NCBI GenBank assembly: GCA_016748015.1
Contig: JAAOMT010000375.1
Span: 306,019 to 370,018 of the forward strand
DNA length: 64,000 bases
Source of the DNA: Geosiphon pyriformis uo1
Taxonomy: Eukaryota > Fungi > Glomeromycota
Reading direction: 5' to 3'
Shown here: positions 37,739 through 52,154 of the stretch, in pieces
How the letters are laid out: every line of letters begins with the position of its first letter
How positions within the stretch are numbered: the stretch's first letter is position 1
Notes under the pieces: model-generated
The model's input: only the letters and a program-made list of their open reading frames with translations
The model's database searches: none
Told to the model about the DNA's origin: nothing
Translations under genes and position numbers: made by a program

Positions 37739-40523
37739 ACAGTTTATTTTTAAAAAACTTTTGTGTTTTTTTTATTTTTTCTCTTAGTATTAGGCTAATT
37801 GGTTTCCAATCTTTGTAATAAATTAAGTAAAACTTGTATTTATTATTAAAAAAATACAATAGTTTATTATATTAACACTAAATACAAAAATCATGTTACC
37901 AATAACTATATTTGGCTTTTCTGTCAGGTTTTTTTCAAAACTTCTTTTAAAAATATTATAATAAGACTAACAAATTAGCTTGCTGTTTACAATAATTTTT
38001 TTCTGTTAGTTTTAATATTATTTAATAACTTGTTATTGCTAGTAAAGATGATATAAGCAAGTTTAGTAGTTTCTTTTTATTCTTTTTCTTAATTCTGCTT
38101 AAGTACTAAAAAAGTTGTCTAATGATAACACTTAACTACAATAAGTTTTTTACCATATCTGATAGTTAATTTACAAAATTTATAATTAAGCAAAACTTTT
38201 GCTTTCTTAAATTATTTATTGCCAACAATAATATACTCTTTTGCTTCAAAAACTTCTATGTTAATTTTAATGTTGATACGATTAATATAGACAGAAACAG
38301 CTTTGGCTATTCCAAAATTTTTTTTCTTATTACTATATATATTGATTATTGGTTAAATAGAAAATTTATCAATTTTTCTTTTAATGGCTTTTAAAAAGTG
38401 TTTGACAATAATGCTAATAAATAATTCACTGTTTAAGATCAAATCAATGAAATAACTAGTAATTTGGGCTTTGCAAATTATAGAAATAATATTGTTATTA
38501 TTAATAAATTTAATTTGACAAGAGCATTTATTGGTTTTAAGTATTTTTTTTTTGGAATTAAGAATTTGCAAAGATTTTTTCTGAACTGTAAATGAATTAT
38601 TAATTGGCCAAAAATAATATGTACTAAGGTTTTTATAAGATCTTTAATAATAAGATAAAGACCCAGATTTTTGCATTATTTTTAAAGATTTTAATTTTGG
38701 AGAATTTTTAAAAACTTTTGTTTTTAGTGACTTATTACTATTAACAATAAAAATTAAGGCTTTGTTAAAATCTAAAATAAAATTAATCTTGGCTTTTTTT
38801 TTTTCTTGTGGATTCAAAAAGGTTGATAGCTAGTTTATCTATATTATGATTATTATTAGTTAAGTTAAAAGCATAAAAAAAGTTTTTTTCTGATTGACTT
38901 GTATTCTTACTTTTTAGAAATACACTTACCAGTTTAAAAACTAATAAATAGTGACTTTAACTAAAAAATTTTTTAAAAAAAAATTAATATTAACATGATT
39001 AGGTTTTTGATTAAAAATACTATTGTTGTTAAATCTGTTGTTTTAATTATTATTGTTTCTAAAAGCTGGTAAAAGTAAGAGAAAATTGTTGTAATTTCTT
39101 GAGAAATGTTCAGTTAATTTACAATAATAATATACAGATAGGCCACAATTTGCTGTTTTTAATAAGAATGCTGTTAAGATTGATTAAAATGAAGTTTAAA
39201 TTTAGATCTTTGAAGTTGTTAAGTTTTTCTAACTGTTAAGCCTAAGAGTTTTAGTAACTAAACAAGATTAGTTATAAGTCTATTTATTAATTGTTCATAA
39301 AAATTTTGAGTTTAGGCAGCAAAAAAGATAATAGTCATTTAAAAAGCAAGAGCCAGAATAAAAGCAGAAGCAAAAACTGGAAGTGTAAATTTTAGATACA
39401 TTCTTTGATTGTTTTTAATTTTTTAAGCAATTTCAATAATCATATCTATTGTAAGATTATTTTTTAGGACCAGAAAAAGCCAAAAAACATATAAAAAATC
39501 AGTTTTTAATTCTTTGGTAAAAGAGTAAATCTTTTGCTTTTCTGTTTAGTTTCTTTTAAAATCTATTTTTTTAATAAGTTTTCTTATAGCTTTAGCATAT
39601 TTAGTTATAATTTTACCAAAACCTTGAGGGTTTTTTAATTTTATATGTCATTTAAAAATTAAGATAAAAGTTCTAAATTTAGTTTTAAACTAAGTAGTAA
39701 AAGAAATATTTTTTCTTCAGCATTTGTTGATATCTATTTAATAATTTTTTAGTAAGCACTAACATTAGTTTTTTATGAGAACCAAATAGCAAAAAAGCTT
39801 TGTAGATAGCTATTAATAATTTGGAACTTGTATTCTGTATTATATTGATTAGCAGTAACTGTTTTTTTAAAGTTATTTAATCATTCAATTGGGTCTTAAA
39901 CATTATTTTTAATTAATAGTAATGAGATATTATTTTTTTATCTTAAAGCAGTTTGTATATCTTTAAGAACAGTCAGAATATTTGCTTGTATAAAGTTAAC
40001 AGTTATTGGTTTAAAAATAACTATTTGTGTAAAATAATCTAATTTACTTAAATTAATATCAAAAATAGAAGCAGTTTAATAACTTTTTTTTTCTGTTTCA
40101 AAAAAGTTTTAAATAACTAATAAACAACAATTTAAATGTAAATTTGGTAATTTAAATATTTAAAATCAAGAGACTGTTGTTCAAAAGTTATTAAGTATAA
40201 AAGTTAATTGATGTTGTTATTTTTTTTTCAAGATTGTTTTTAAAGTAAGCTTGATCAAAAAAATAAATTGTATAAACTATGTAGTTTTAAGCTAAAAGCT
40301 TATTTAAAAACCAGTTCCAAAAATCTTAGAATTGTCTACTAAATCGTTTTTTAACAAAGAAGCAAATCAAGCAGAAGGACAAAAAATTGAGTACAATAAA
40401 GTTTAGATTGTTTTTGTTGTGTACTTCAAAATGTTTTTTTGATTGTTAAAGCAAGTATGAATAATTATCTATATAATAGAAAATAAATGAATTTTAACAA
40501 TCTCACAAAAAACACTACTTTTA

Positions 40524-41245
40524 TATTATAAATTAAAATAACAAGTTAACAGATAGCAAAAAAAAACAGAATTATAAGATAATAGAATTATTAAAGAAAA
40601 TTTACTTTTAAAGAATAAATTAAATAAATATAAATTCAATATATAAAATCAGTTTTATAAAATACTTAGTTACTAATTTTTTTAAAAAGTAACTAAAAAA
40701 TTCAAAGATAGAAAGATAGTTCATATTATTAACAAATAATAATATATTGGTATAATTTTATGTTTTATATTAATGCTCTTAGAATTTAATATTAAGTATT
40801 AAATGTATTTTTTAGTTATATTTATTTAATAATCTTTAAATACTATAATTATACAAATCAAAAAAGAGTAAGTTAATGCCAACAAGTAATTTTTTATTTT
40901 AAAATATTTAAATACTTAAATATAAAGAATAAAAAAAAAGAAAAAAATGATAAAAAATAAATTGAATTAATAGATATTGTTTTTATTCTTTTAATTGCTT
41001 ATATTTATTCTTCTATTTGAAAGATTTATTGCTGATATAGCTATTAAAAATAGTTAATGATCAAATTATTAATTAGGTTAATAGTCAAGTTACTAATTAG
41101 ATTATTGATTAGATCAATAATCAGATTAATAATTAAATTAATAATTAGATTATTGATTATTAACTAAAAATAGTGTGGCTATTATATAATATCAATAGTT
41201 AATACATGTGATAACTAATAAAAACTATAAGTTTTAACTATAACA
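40524..41245 (-). repeat. 5' LTR of A3 (decayed)
   Basis: Homology to A LTRs; decayed PBS at about 40501-40517; expanded 12-bp repeat array. Confidence 0.8.
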
Positions 41246-44200
41246 ATATATTTAAATCAAGTTTTGCCAAGATATACTTTGATATTAGATCTTTTTTAAA
41301 TATGGTTCTCAAAAAAATATTGTCTAATAAACAATTTTTATATCTGGTGTTATAGAAGTATTTTCTTGGTATATTTTAATTGTTGATCTTCTGTTTTAAT
41401 TGCAATTAATTTTTCATGAGTTTTTCAATTTTATGTGTTGGATATTAATAATAATGTACTAAAGATTTTCTTTTAATATTATGATATAAGTTTTTTCTTT
41501 AATTCTAGTTGTCTTTGTATGTTGTGTACTCTTTTTCAGAGGCTAATCTGAAATCTATTCACTGTTTAGGGTCTTCTCTGAGACTATTCTTGCAATTGCC
41601 TGATGTGTTTCTTTAATCTAAAAACATAGAATGTTAATGGTCTTTTTGCAATTTTCCTAAGTATATAATAAAGCTTTTTCAATTTAATTAGTAACTATGT
41701 AAATAATTTTGATTAGAGATTATTCTTCCAAAGGGTTCAAAGATGGAATGATAGTTTTATTTGCTAGAGAGAATATGTGAATTCTATTGTTAATCTCGTA
41801 ATTGTGATGTTCATTCAATTTATTATTTTTATTAATTCTTTTTAAATAAGATTTTATTTAGATATTTGTTGCTTCGAATTGAAGCTGTTTTTCTTTATCA
41901 TTAAAAACTATTGTATATATATATAATTATTGTTTTACAAAATAATGTCTTGTAATACTCTATTTCTGTTATTTTTAAATAGTGCTTGTTGCTTTTGTAC
42001 AATAGTGCTTGCTATTATTTATAAATCATTTCTTTTTATAAATTGTTGCTGTGCTATTTCATAATTGGCTAATTTATATTATTTATAATTCCTATTAAAT
42101 TCTTAAACTGTTTAGCTGTTTTGCAATTTATAATTGATTATTAAATGCAATTCAGTTTTGTGTCTAAAAGTATATGTTAAAAATAGGATGTTTTAATAAG
42201 AAAAAAGCTTAAGTTTAAAGCCAATTTGTCTAAAGACTTTTCTAATAAGATTTTGTATTATTTGTTTTTATGTAGATTAAAAACTTTTAAGCAAATATAA
42301 GCAAAAAAACAGATAACTTTAGTTGTTGGGTTTTTTAATATAACAAGTATTCTTGGTTATTTGTCTGAACACTATTTTTTAAATTTACAAGTTGTAAACT
42401 AAGCATTCATAAATTTATTATAGTTTCTAATTAAGTTGAAAATTAGTCTTATTAATAATTATTTAGTAAGTGTTGTGAAAATATTTTTGAATAATAAAAT
42501 CTTTTTAGTTAACAACTTACTTAATGCTTTTTATTTTTCTGGCTGCTTTCAAATGTTTAAAATTTTAAAGAATTTTTATTACTTTAATATTGTTTATTCT
42601 TTAAAGCACTTGAATATTGTTTTTGAAAACAAATTATTAAACAAATATAGTGTAATTTTAGATTAAAAAATTTTTTATTGTTAAAAAAAATTAAGTTTTA
42701 AAAATCCAGTATTTTTGTGATTTTTTAAAGCTTTAATTTATATAAGTAAATTTTTTGCTAATTTTAATAAGATTGCTTTAATCTTTGGTTGCTTAAATTT
42801 TTTTTGTTCAGAAAAATTTTCAAATATTTGTGATAATTTACATAAACTGTAAACAAAAAAAATTAATATATATACTAATAGTTTATTAAAAAAGTTGAAT
42901 ATTGTAAAAGTAATAAGTAAAACAGCTGTATATTTTTCTAATATTGAATTAAGCATAAATATTGAAGTTTATAATTTGTTGTTTTTTACTATGTTTGAAT
43001 TATAGATAGTTGTGTTGATATTAGAAAATGTTTCTTTTTTTTGCTTTGTAGTTTTGTATATAAACAGCCAAACTACTATTAATACATGTATTTTAGAGCT
43101 TAGACTTTAATTATTTAACTTTTAAAATAAGTGTTAAATAAAAAAACATTATATAGTTAATTTAATCAAATTAAAAAATATTTTTGCAGTATAAATAAAG
43201 ATTAAAGACTATTTTGGGATTGTTGACAATATTTAAACAGATTTTTTTATATGTAATATAACTTTGTTTTATTTGGCTTTTCTAATTAGTGTATATAAAA
43301 AATTTATTATGGCTGATAGTTTGGTTGTATTAAACAATACTTATTATTTTGTTTGTAATATTTATTAAAATATTTGTTATGTTTAATAAGAAGTGAATTC
43401 AAATATAAAAATTATCAATAGTTTATTTATTTAGAATATAAATTAAATTTGTACAGTTTTAGTTTAGCATTCAGATTTTTATATGTTTTTTAAGTTTACT
43501 AATAAAACTTTGGTAGCTTTTTACACTTATTTAATAAAAATAGTTTATAAAAAATTGCCAGTTATTATTAAAAAAAAACTTTATAACAAAAATTATTTAA
43601 ATGTTTTATGTTTATTATGTGATAATATTAAATTGATTAATTATTTTTTTACTTGTTTAAAAAATACTGTTATATATTTCAAAATATTATTTAATTATGT
43701 TAAGTTATAGATATCTTTGGTAAAAATTTGTTTTTTATTATCTTTTTTGGTGCTATATATTCTTTTTTTGAAAATATTAAATGTTAATATTTATGTTGTT
43801 TTATGTAAAAATTTTGTTTTTAAAAATTAAATAAATAAGATAAAATCAGTTTTTGGTAATAAAAAAAAACCATGTTTATAATAATTGACTTTATTTATTA
43901 TTTAGCTAAAAAGTATCATAGTATATTGTAGTTGTTTAAATTTAAATTTAGAATAAATATAAAGAAAAATAGTTTAGTTAATATAAAAACAATATCTATT
44001 GTTTTTTATAATGTGTTTAGTTATTTATTAGTTGAAGCTTAATATTATTAAGTTATTTATTATTAACTTTAATCTGCATAAGACTTGTTCTTTTTTTTTA
44101 GATATAAACAATAATACAAATATTTATATAAATATATTGTATAATTTTAATTAACTTAAATAACTAATTATATATAATAAATATATGAATTATATTTAAT

Positions 44201-44275
44201 TAGATTTATTTAGTTTGTTTTTATGTTTTAAATAATAGTTGGATTATATTCATTAATAAATTAATAAAAAAGAAA
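41246..44275 (+). mobile_element. Degenerate 3' part of a LINE (post-RT region, RNase H, C-terminal Zn finger), interrupted by an LTR-C copy
   Basis: FKSSFAKIYFDIRSFLNMVLKKILSNKQFLYLV, IYTNSLL and KKLYNKNYLNVLCLLC are homologous to ORF2 of the LINE at 54474-59158; A-rich end near 44270. Confidence 0.7.
41348..42111. mobile_element. Solo LTR, type C (inverted relative to 1852-2668)
   Basis: Reverse-complement homology to 1852-2668; one terminus eroded; the LINE frame rejoins across it. Confidence 0.8.
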
Positions 44276-44497
44276 TCAATAATAATACTAAAAAATAAAA
44301 AAGCCAATACTTTATTTTTTATAAAAAAACAGATTTACAAGTTAAAAGTAATGTTTTAAAAAATATTAAAAAAATTAATTTAAATACATATTTTTTATTA
44401 AATTTAATTTAATTTATTTACAAATTAATTTTTATTTATAAATTATAATTTATATATTTACATAAACTATTAATTTAATAATTACTAAATAATTTAT

Positions 44498-45174
44498 TGT
44501 TACGGGTTGAAGTAACAAGCTAATAGATAGCAAGAGAGAACAGGATTGTAGGGTAATGGAAATAATCAAAGGGGAATTTAACTTTAAAGAGCGAATTGAA
44601 TGAGTATAGATTTAATGTGTGAGATCAGTCTTATAAAATATCTCAGTTGCTATTTTTTTCAAAAATAACTGGAGAATCTGAAAATAGAGGAATAGTCTGT
44701 ACTGTCAACAATTAATCATTACTGGTATAATTCTATGTCTCACATCAGTACTTTTAGAATTTAATATTAGGTATCAACTTGTGCTTTTCAGTCATGTTTA
44801 TTCAAATAATCTTCAAATGCTACAATTATATATGTCAGAAAAAGATTAACAAGTAATCTTTTATCTTTAAGATGTTCAGATACTTGAAGATAAGGAAAGG
44901 GAAATTAGCAATAAGAGAAGGATTGAGATAAAAGTTGTTATTTTATTTATTCTTGATTATTCAAATACTTGTTATTACATGCTTTTCTACAGCTAAGAGA
45001 TTCATCATTTATATAGCTATCAAAAGTGGTCAATGATCAGGTCAATAATCAGGTCAATAGTCAGGTTATTGATTAGGTCAATAATCACTTTCTAAAAATA
45101 GTGTGGTTAATCATATAACATCAGTGGCTAATACATGTGATAATTAATAAGAAGTATAGGTTTCAACTGTAATA
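44498..45174 (-). repeat. 3' LTR of A2
   Basis: Direct repeat of 51467-52154. Confidence 0.92.
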
Positions 45175-45899
45175 TCATCCTCTCCAAAGAGATTAAGCTC
45201 TGGTAAAATCAAACTATTTAGGAAATACTTTATTTAAAGGGTTTTATCTAACTCAAAACTAACTAGTTTGTTGAAATCTTTTGTGGATAAGGTATATAAA
45301 ACTTGAGGCGAAATAAGCTTTGTGTCCAAGAAACTAAATTTTTGTATAAGAGTTTTGGTTTTTCTTGTAATGGTCAAAACTTTTGGGATATCTAATCATA
45401 CAATGTTCAAAATTTCTACTTGTATCTTAGAAATTGTTTTCTTTATAAGCTTCATGTCTTCTATGATTTCACCAAAGTGACTATAGAGTTCTAGTTGTCT
45501 TCTATATAACAAGTTTTTGTCTATGGGCAAGATTTTTTTAATTGTTTTTCCAATTGTGATGGAAGATGCAAGTATTGCTGCTGTTATACTTTCTAGCAAA
45601 TACTTATCCATTTTGCTACCAATTTTTTTTCTTTTGGTAGTTGTTTTCTTTGGTTTGATAACAGTATGTGTTCCACTGTTGTCAGTTATTGTAGTTTGTT
45701 TTCCAATGATCAGAGTAGCATTTGGATAGTTTTTAATTCAATACTTATAAAGAATATAGAAAGTGTTTTGAATGTTTTGATCCAGAAAATAATTGTTCAT
45801 GTTAATTGAAAATATCTCTGTTTTGGGAGTGATGTATTTATTTATATCTGATTTTTGCTGATTATTTGGGTCAGTATTACCACAACAGGTAACCAATTA

Positions 45900-48800
45900 G
45901 ATTGTTTGTAATATTTCTTGAGTCATGTGCCATAAACAGAACAATCATTAAAGATTGTTTCAGATTGATTTTGAAGAATATAAGAACCATTGTTCAGAAC
46001 TTTGTTGACTATAAAGGGTCTTTTCTATCAGCTAGAGAATTTATCATCATAGACATTGTCTTTGTCTGAACAGTATTCCAAAACCAAGTCACCAAGAAAA
46101 GTGTTTTATAAGTTTTCTTTTTCTTAAGCTTCTCTTGAAACTGTTTTATCTTTTCAAAGGCAATTATTCATGCCTCTACCAATGAATCAAGAATAGTACC
46201 AAGTCTTCTTTGCAAAATGTCTTTGTAATTTCCTATTGTAATTTTTTCAAAGGGTATTGTCTCAATATCAGTTTCTATTGGTAGTATTGCCATTCGTTCA
46301 TAGAGCAGGTAAAAGGGTTTATAACTTGTTATGTTATGATTCACAGTTCTATAAGCAAACAAAGCTGAAAACAGTACTTTGTCCTATAAGTTTGTTTCTT
46401 CACTTGTTTTGGCTAAGGTTTTACACAGTGTTCTATTGAAACATTCCACTAGGCCATTTGTTTGGAGGTGATAAGGAAAAAAAAATTTGTGACATATTCC
46501 CATTTTTTTACAAAGTTCTTCAACCAGTATACTGAGAAAAGCTTTTTTTCTATCAAATAAAAGTTCTTTGGGACAACCATAGTGACAAATAATATCTTCA
46601 TAAATGAAATTAGCAATGGAAACTGCTGTTTGATCTGGGGTAGCTTTTGCTTCTACCCACTTTGTAAGATAGTTAGTAGCTGTGATAATGTATCTGTTGC
46701 TATTAGGAGTTACTGTTAATGGTCCAATAACATCTATACCAATTCTGTCAAAGGGTTGGCCAACAGAGATTGGATGGATGTCTTCTTTATGATTGGGTTT
46801 TCCTCTTTTTTGGCAGGTATTACAGGTTTTGATGTACTCAGCAATATCTTTTCCCAAGATAGGCCAATAATAGCAAGCTAAATTTTTCTGAATTGTTTTT
46901 GTTTTTCCAAAGTGTTCAGCTAATGAATCAGTGTGCATATTGTAGATCACAATTTCTTTTTCTTCAAATCTTATGACTCTCTGAGGACAGTCAAGATTTT
47001 TTCTATTTCTTTTATATAATTGGTTCTGGCGGATCAAATAAAAATTTGATTGTTTGTGCAAATGTTCTTTTTGCTGTCAAGTGTATTCCAGTGGGTATTA
47101 TCCTTTACCCAAAAATTCCATTAAGGCAGAGTAGTTGTCCAAGTTTATTATCGTGTTTGGTTGTAAGAGAATTACTAATAATTAGGTTGGTTTGGTTTGG
47201 GAGATTGTACTGTCACTTGGTGGTAAGTCTGAAGAAAGCATTGGCATTTTGATGATTAATTCCTTTATGGTGTTAAATATCATAGTCGAATTCATCCAAG
47301 TGGAGTATCCAGCAGGCTATTCATTTATGTTCTAGTCTTTTTTTGTTGTGCAGCCAAACCAAAGCTTGGTGATACTTATCCCAGTAGCTGGTAGCCCAAA
47401 CTACTGCTAAGTATTCCTGCTCAGTAACTGAATAGTTTTTTTCTGCTAGTATAAGGGTTCTACTAGCATAGGCTATTGCATGTTCTCTGCTATCTTCATC
47501 TTTTTATGAGAGAACAGCACCAAGTCTATAGCCAGATGCATCAGTGTGAAGGATAAAAGATTGATTCAGATCAGATTGCTTGAGAATAGGTTCTGTAATC
47601 AATTTTTCTTTGAGGGTTTCAAATGCTTTCTGCTAATGTATACCCCAATAGTAGTTGACATTTTTCCTGAGTAGCTGATTGAGTGGAGAGGCAATTTTGG
47701 AAAAATTCTTAACAAATTTGCAATAATAAGAGGCCAAACCAAGAAAAAAACGTAATTCATGAACATTCATTGGTTGTCTTATGTTCTGAACTTTTTTCAC
47801 TTTGGCTGGATCAGGAAAGATTCCATCTTTTGTAATAAGATAGCCAAGGAATTGGGTGGATTGTCTTCCAAAGAAAAATTTGATTGGGTTGATCTTGAGA
47901 CCTGCATTTCTGAGAAGATTAAAAACTTTTTGCAAATGTTCAAGATGTTCATCCCAGGTTTTTGAGTACACTATTATATTGTTCAGATAGACCAGAACAA
48001 AATTTTCTTTTACTGATTCAAATACTTTATCTATTAAGCATTGAAAGGTGGAAGGGACATTGGTGAGACCAAAAGGCATGACTGTGAATTCATAAGTGCC
48101 ATACTTGGTGATGAAGGTGGTTTTCTTTTGGCTTTCTGTATCCATCTCTACTTGCCAGAATCCAGCAGTTAGATCAATGGTTGAGAAGAAAGCAGCACCC
48201 TTGAATTGATCTAGCATTACATCAATCTTGGGAAGTAGGTACATGTCTCTTTTAGTAATGACATTTAATTGGTGATAGTCAACACAGAAGCATAGAGTTC
48301 CATCTTTCTTGAATACCACTACAACTGGAAAAGCTCAGTCACTCTTGGTTTCTTGTATGAATCCAAGTTCTTTTATCCAGTTTATTTCTTTTTTGATGAA
48401 CTCATCATTTTGGCAATTGGATTGGTAAGACTTCAAATAGATGAAACAAGTTTCTCTGGTGATAATGGTGTGTTGTATCACATGGGTTCGTCCTGGGGTA
48501 TCATCTTCTTTTAAAATAACTGGGCTGTTTCTTGCCAACAGATTTTTAATGTCTATCTTTCTTTCTTCTGGAGAGAGTTCTCTTTGTTTTACTACTAATA
48601 ATTGGATCTTAGGTGGTTCATTCTCAAAGGACTTCTGTACTTCTTTTAATTTATCTCTTGGTATTAGGCTAATTGGTTTCCAATCTTTGTAATAGATCAA
48701 ACATAATTTGCATTCATCACTTGGAGAATACAAAGGTTTATTGCATCAGCACCAGGCACAAGAGCCATGCCACCAATAACTGTATTTGGCTTTCTTGCCA

Positions 48801-49866
48801 GGCTTTTGGTCAAAGATTCTTTTTAGAATATTATAGTAGGGCCAGCAAATTAGCTTGCTGTTTACAATAATTTTTTTTCTATTAGCTTTAACATTGTCTA
48901 GTGGCTTGCCATTGCTGGTAAAGGTGGTGTAAGTGAGTTCAGTAGTTTCTTCTTGTTTTTCTTGTTTATCTTTTTCATCACTCTCTTCATCATCTAATTC
49001 TTCTGATGGCTTATCTTCTTGATTTTGTTTGGTTGCTGAAGGAGTTGTTCAATGGCAACATTTAACCACAATGGGTTTTTCATCACATCTTATGATTAGC
49101 TCACAAAGTTCATAGTCAAGTAAAGCTTTTGCTTTCTTAAGCCACTTATTGCCAACAATGATGGTGTATTCTTTAGCTTCAGAAACTTTCATGTCAGTTT
49201 CAATACTGATGTCATTGATGTGAACAGGAATAGCTTTGGCAATGCCCAGATCTTTCTTCTTGTCACCATGTACATTGGTCATTGGTCGGGTAGAAGACTC
49301 ATCAATTTTTCTGCCAATTGCTTCAAGGAAGTGTTTGGCAATTACACTAACAGATAATCCATTGTCTAGAATCAAGTCAATGAAGTAATCAGCCATTTGT
49401 GCTTTGCAAATTAGAGGAGTAATATTGCTATTGTCAGCAAGTCCAGCTTGGCAAGAGTGTTTATTGGTCTTTGGTGTTTTCTTCTTGGAGATTAAAGATT
49501 TGTGGAGATCTTTTCTAAACTGTGAATGGATCATTAACTGGCCAAAGATAATGTGTGCTGGGGTTTCTATAAGATCTTTAACAACAGAATAGGGTCCAGA
49601 TTTTTGTACAATTTCTGGGGATTCCAATTTTGAAGGGTTCTTAAAAACTTTGGCTTTTGGTGGCTTATTGTTATCAGCAGTGGAAGTTGAGGCTTTGTTG
49701 GGATCTAAAACGAAATCAACTTTGGCTTTCTTCTTTTTTCTGGTTGATTCAGAAGTGTTGATTGCTAATTTATCCATGTCATAGTCATCATCAATTAAGT
49801 TAAAAGCAAAAAAGGAGTTTTCTTCTGGTTGGCTTGTACTCTCACTCTTTGGAGATGCGCCTACCA
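45900..49866 (-). pseudogene. pol: A2 pol (PR, RT, RH, IN)
   Basis: LILDNGLSVSVI; IDLTAGFWQV, MPFGLTN, YLNN (decayed YLDD); HTDSLAEHFG...CNTCQ HHCC; FDRIGIDVIGPL. Confidence 0.92.
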
Positions 49867-51414
49867 GTTTAAAAGCTAATAGACTGTGGCTTCAACTAGA
49901 GGATCCTCTCCAAAAAAATTAATGTTGGCATGATTGGGTCTTTGATTGGGGGCATTATTGTTGATGGGTCTATTGTTTTAATTGTCATTATTTCTGGAAA
50001 CTGGAGGAAATAAAGGAGGATTGTTGTAATCTCTTAAGAAATGTCCAGTTAATCTACATCTATAACATATAAGAGGACCATGATTTTGCTGTTTTTGATA
50101 AGGAGATTGCTAAGGCTGATTAAAATGTAGTTCATATTTGGGTCTTTGTGGTTATTGGTTATTTCTAACTGCTTGTGCCAAAGGTTCTAATAACTGGGCA
50201 AGATTGGCTGTGAGTTTATCAATTAATTGTTCATTTGGATCTTGAGTTTGGGCAGCAAAAGAAACAGCAGCTATTTGAGGGGCAGGAGCCACAACAGGAG
50301 CAAGAGCAAAAACTGGAAGTGTAGATCCCAAATGTATTCATTGGTTGTCTTCAATTCGTTGGGCAAGTTCAATGGCCATGTCCATTGTAGGATTGTCTTT
50401 TAGGGCCAAGAGAGGCCAAAGAGCATAAGATAAATCAGTTCTTAGTTCTTTTGTAAAGGAATAAATTTTTTGCTCTTCTGTCTAGTTCTTTCCAGAGTCT
50501 ACACACTTGATCAATTTTCTGATTGCTTTGGCATATTCAGTTACTACTTCTCCTGGGCCTTGGGTTCTTCTTTTTAATTCCATATGCCACTTGGATATTA
50601 AGATTGGAGTTCTGAACTTGTTTTCAAACTGGGTTGTGAAAGAGGTGTTGTTTTTTCCGGCATTTGTTGGCATCCATCTAATGATTTTTTGATGAGCATT
50701 AACATCAGTTTTCTGTGAGAACCATGTAGCAGGGGAGCCTTGGAAGTAGCCACCAACAATTTGAAACTTGTATTCATTATTATATTGGTTGGCTATAGCA
50801 GTTCTCTCAAAGTCATCTAACCATTCAATTGGATCTTGGGCATCACCTCTGAATAATGGTAATGGGGTGTTGTTTTTTTACCCTAAAGCAGTCTGTATAC
50901 CTTAGAGGGCAATCAGAATGTTTTGTTGCAGAGGGTCTTGAGTCATTGGTTCAGGTGTAACTGTTTGTGTGGAGTGTTTTGATTTACTTGAAAAGAGATT
51001 AAAAACAGAAGTGATTTGATAGCTTTCTTCTTCTGTTTCAAGAGAAGTTTCTGTTGATTGATGGGCAGCAATCCAAATGTGGATTTGATGATTCAGATAT
51101 TCAAAATCAGGGGGCTGTTGTTCAAAGATTGCAGAATATAAAAGCTGATTGATACTGTTGTTTCTTCCTTCAAAGTCATCTTCAAAATAAGCTTGGTCAA
51201 AGTAATAGATTGTATAAGCTGTATAGGTTTCAGCTGAATGCTCATTCAAGAACCAGTTCCAAAAGTCTTGGAATTGTCTGCTGGATTGTTTTTCAATAAG
51301 AAAGCAAATCAAGCAGGAAGGTAAAGAATTGAGTTCAATAAAGTCTAGATCATTTTTGTTGTGTGCTTTAAAATGTTCTTCTGATTGTTGTGGCAGATAT
51401 GAATAATCACTCAT
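49861..51414 (-). pseudogene. gag: A2 gag
   Basis: Colinear with A1 gag; track ORFs 50902-51414 and 50482-50673. Confidence 0.88.
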
Positions 51415-51466
51415 ACAATAGGAAACAAAATGGATTTTGACAACCTTACAGAGAGCACCACTTTTA

Positions 51467-52154
51467 TGTTACAGGTTGGAGTAACAAGCTAATGGATAGC
51501 AAGAAAGAACAGAATTGTAGGGTGATGGAAATAATTAAAGGAGAATTAACTTTAAAGAGTGAATTGAATGAGTATGAATTCAATATGCAAAATCAGTCTC
51601 ATAAAATATCTCAGTTGCTATTTTTTTCAAAGGTAACTGGGGAATCTGAAGGTAGAGAGATAATCTGTATTGTCAACAATTGATCACCACTGGTATAATT
51701 TTATGCCTTATATTGGTGCTCTTAGAATTCAATATCAAGTATCAACTTGTGCTTTTCAGTCACGTTTATTCAAATAATCTTCAAATGTTACAATTATATA
51801 TGTCAGAAAAAGGCCAACAAGTAATCTTTTATCTTTAAGATGTTCAGATACTTGAAGGTAGGGAAAGAGAAATTAGCAATAAGAAAAGAATTGAGATGAA
51901 AGTTGTTATTTTATTTATTCTTGATTATTCAGATGCTTATTATTACATGCTTTTCTACAGCTAAAAAATTCATTGCTTATATAGCTATCAAAAGTGGTTA
52001 ATGATCAGGTCAATGATTAGGTCAATAATCAGGTCAACGGTCAGGTCATTGATCAAATCAATGATCATTTTCTAAAAATAGTGTGGCTAATCATATGACA
52101 TCAGTGGCTAATATATGTAATAATTAATAAGAAGTATAGGTCTTAACCATAACA
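51467..52154 (-). repeat. 5' LTR of A2
   Basis: TG..CA ends; PBS adjacent; 12-bp GGTCAATGATCA array at about 51997-52067. Confidence 0.92.

Larger units (their letters stand above)
24270..41245 (-). mobile_element. Highly degenerate family-A element A3, split by element D, an inverted LTR-A and a solo LTR-D; 3' LTR largely lost
   Basis: 24276-25021, 35119-35460, 36177-36763 and 37739-40523 align colinearly with the A1/A2 internal sequence; 5' LTR at 40524-41245. Confidence 0.8.
44498..52154 (-). mobile_element. Full-length mutated Ty3/Gypsy element A2
   Basis: LTRs 44498-45174 and 51467-52154; PBS TGGTGCTCTCTGTAAGG at 51444-51460; PPT 45175-45191; imperfect TSD TTAT/ATAT; colinear with A1. 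Confidence 0.95.
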
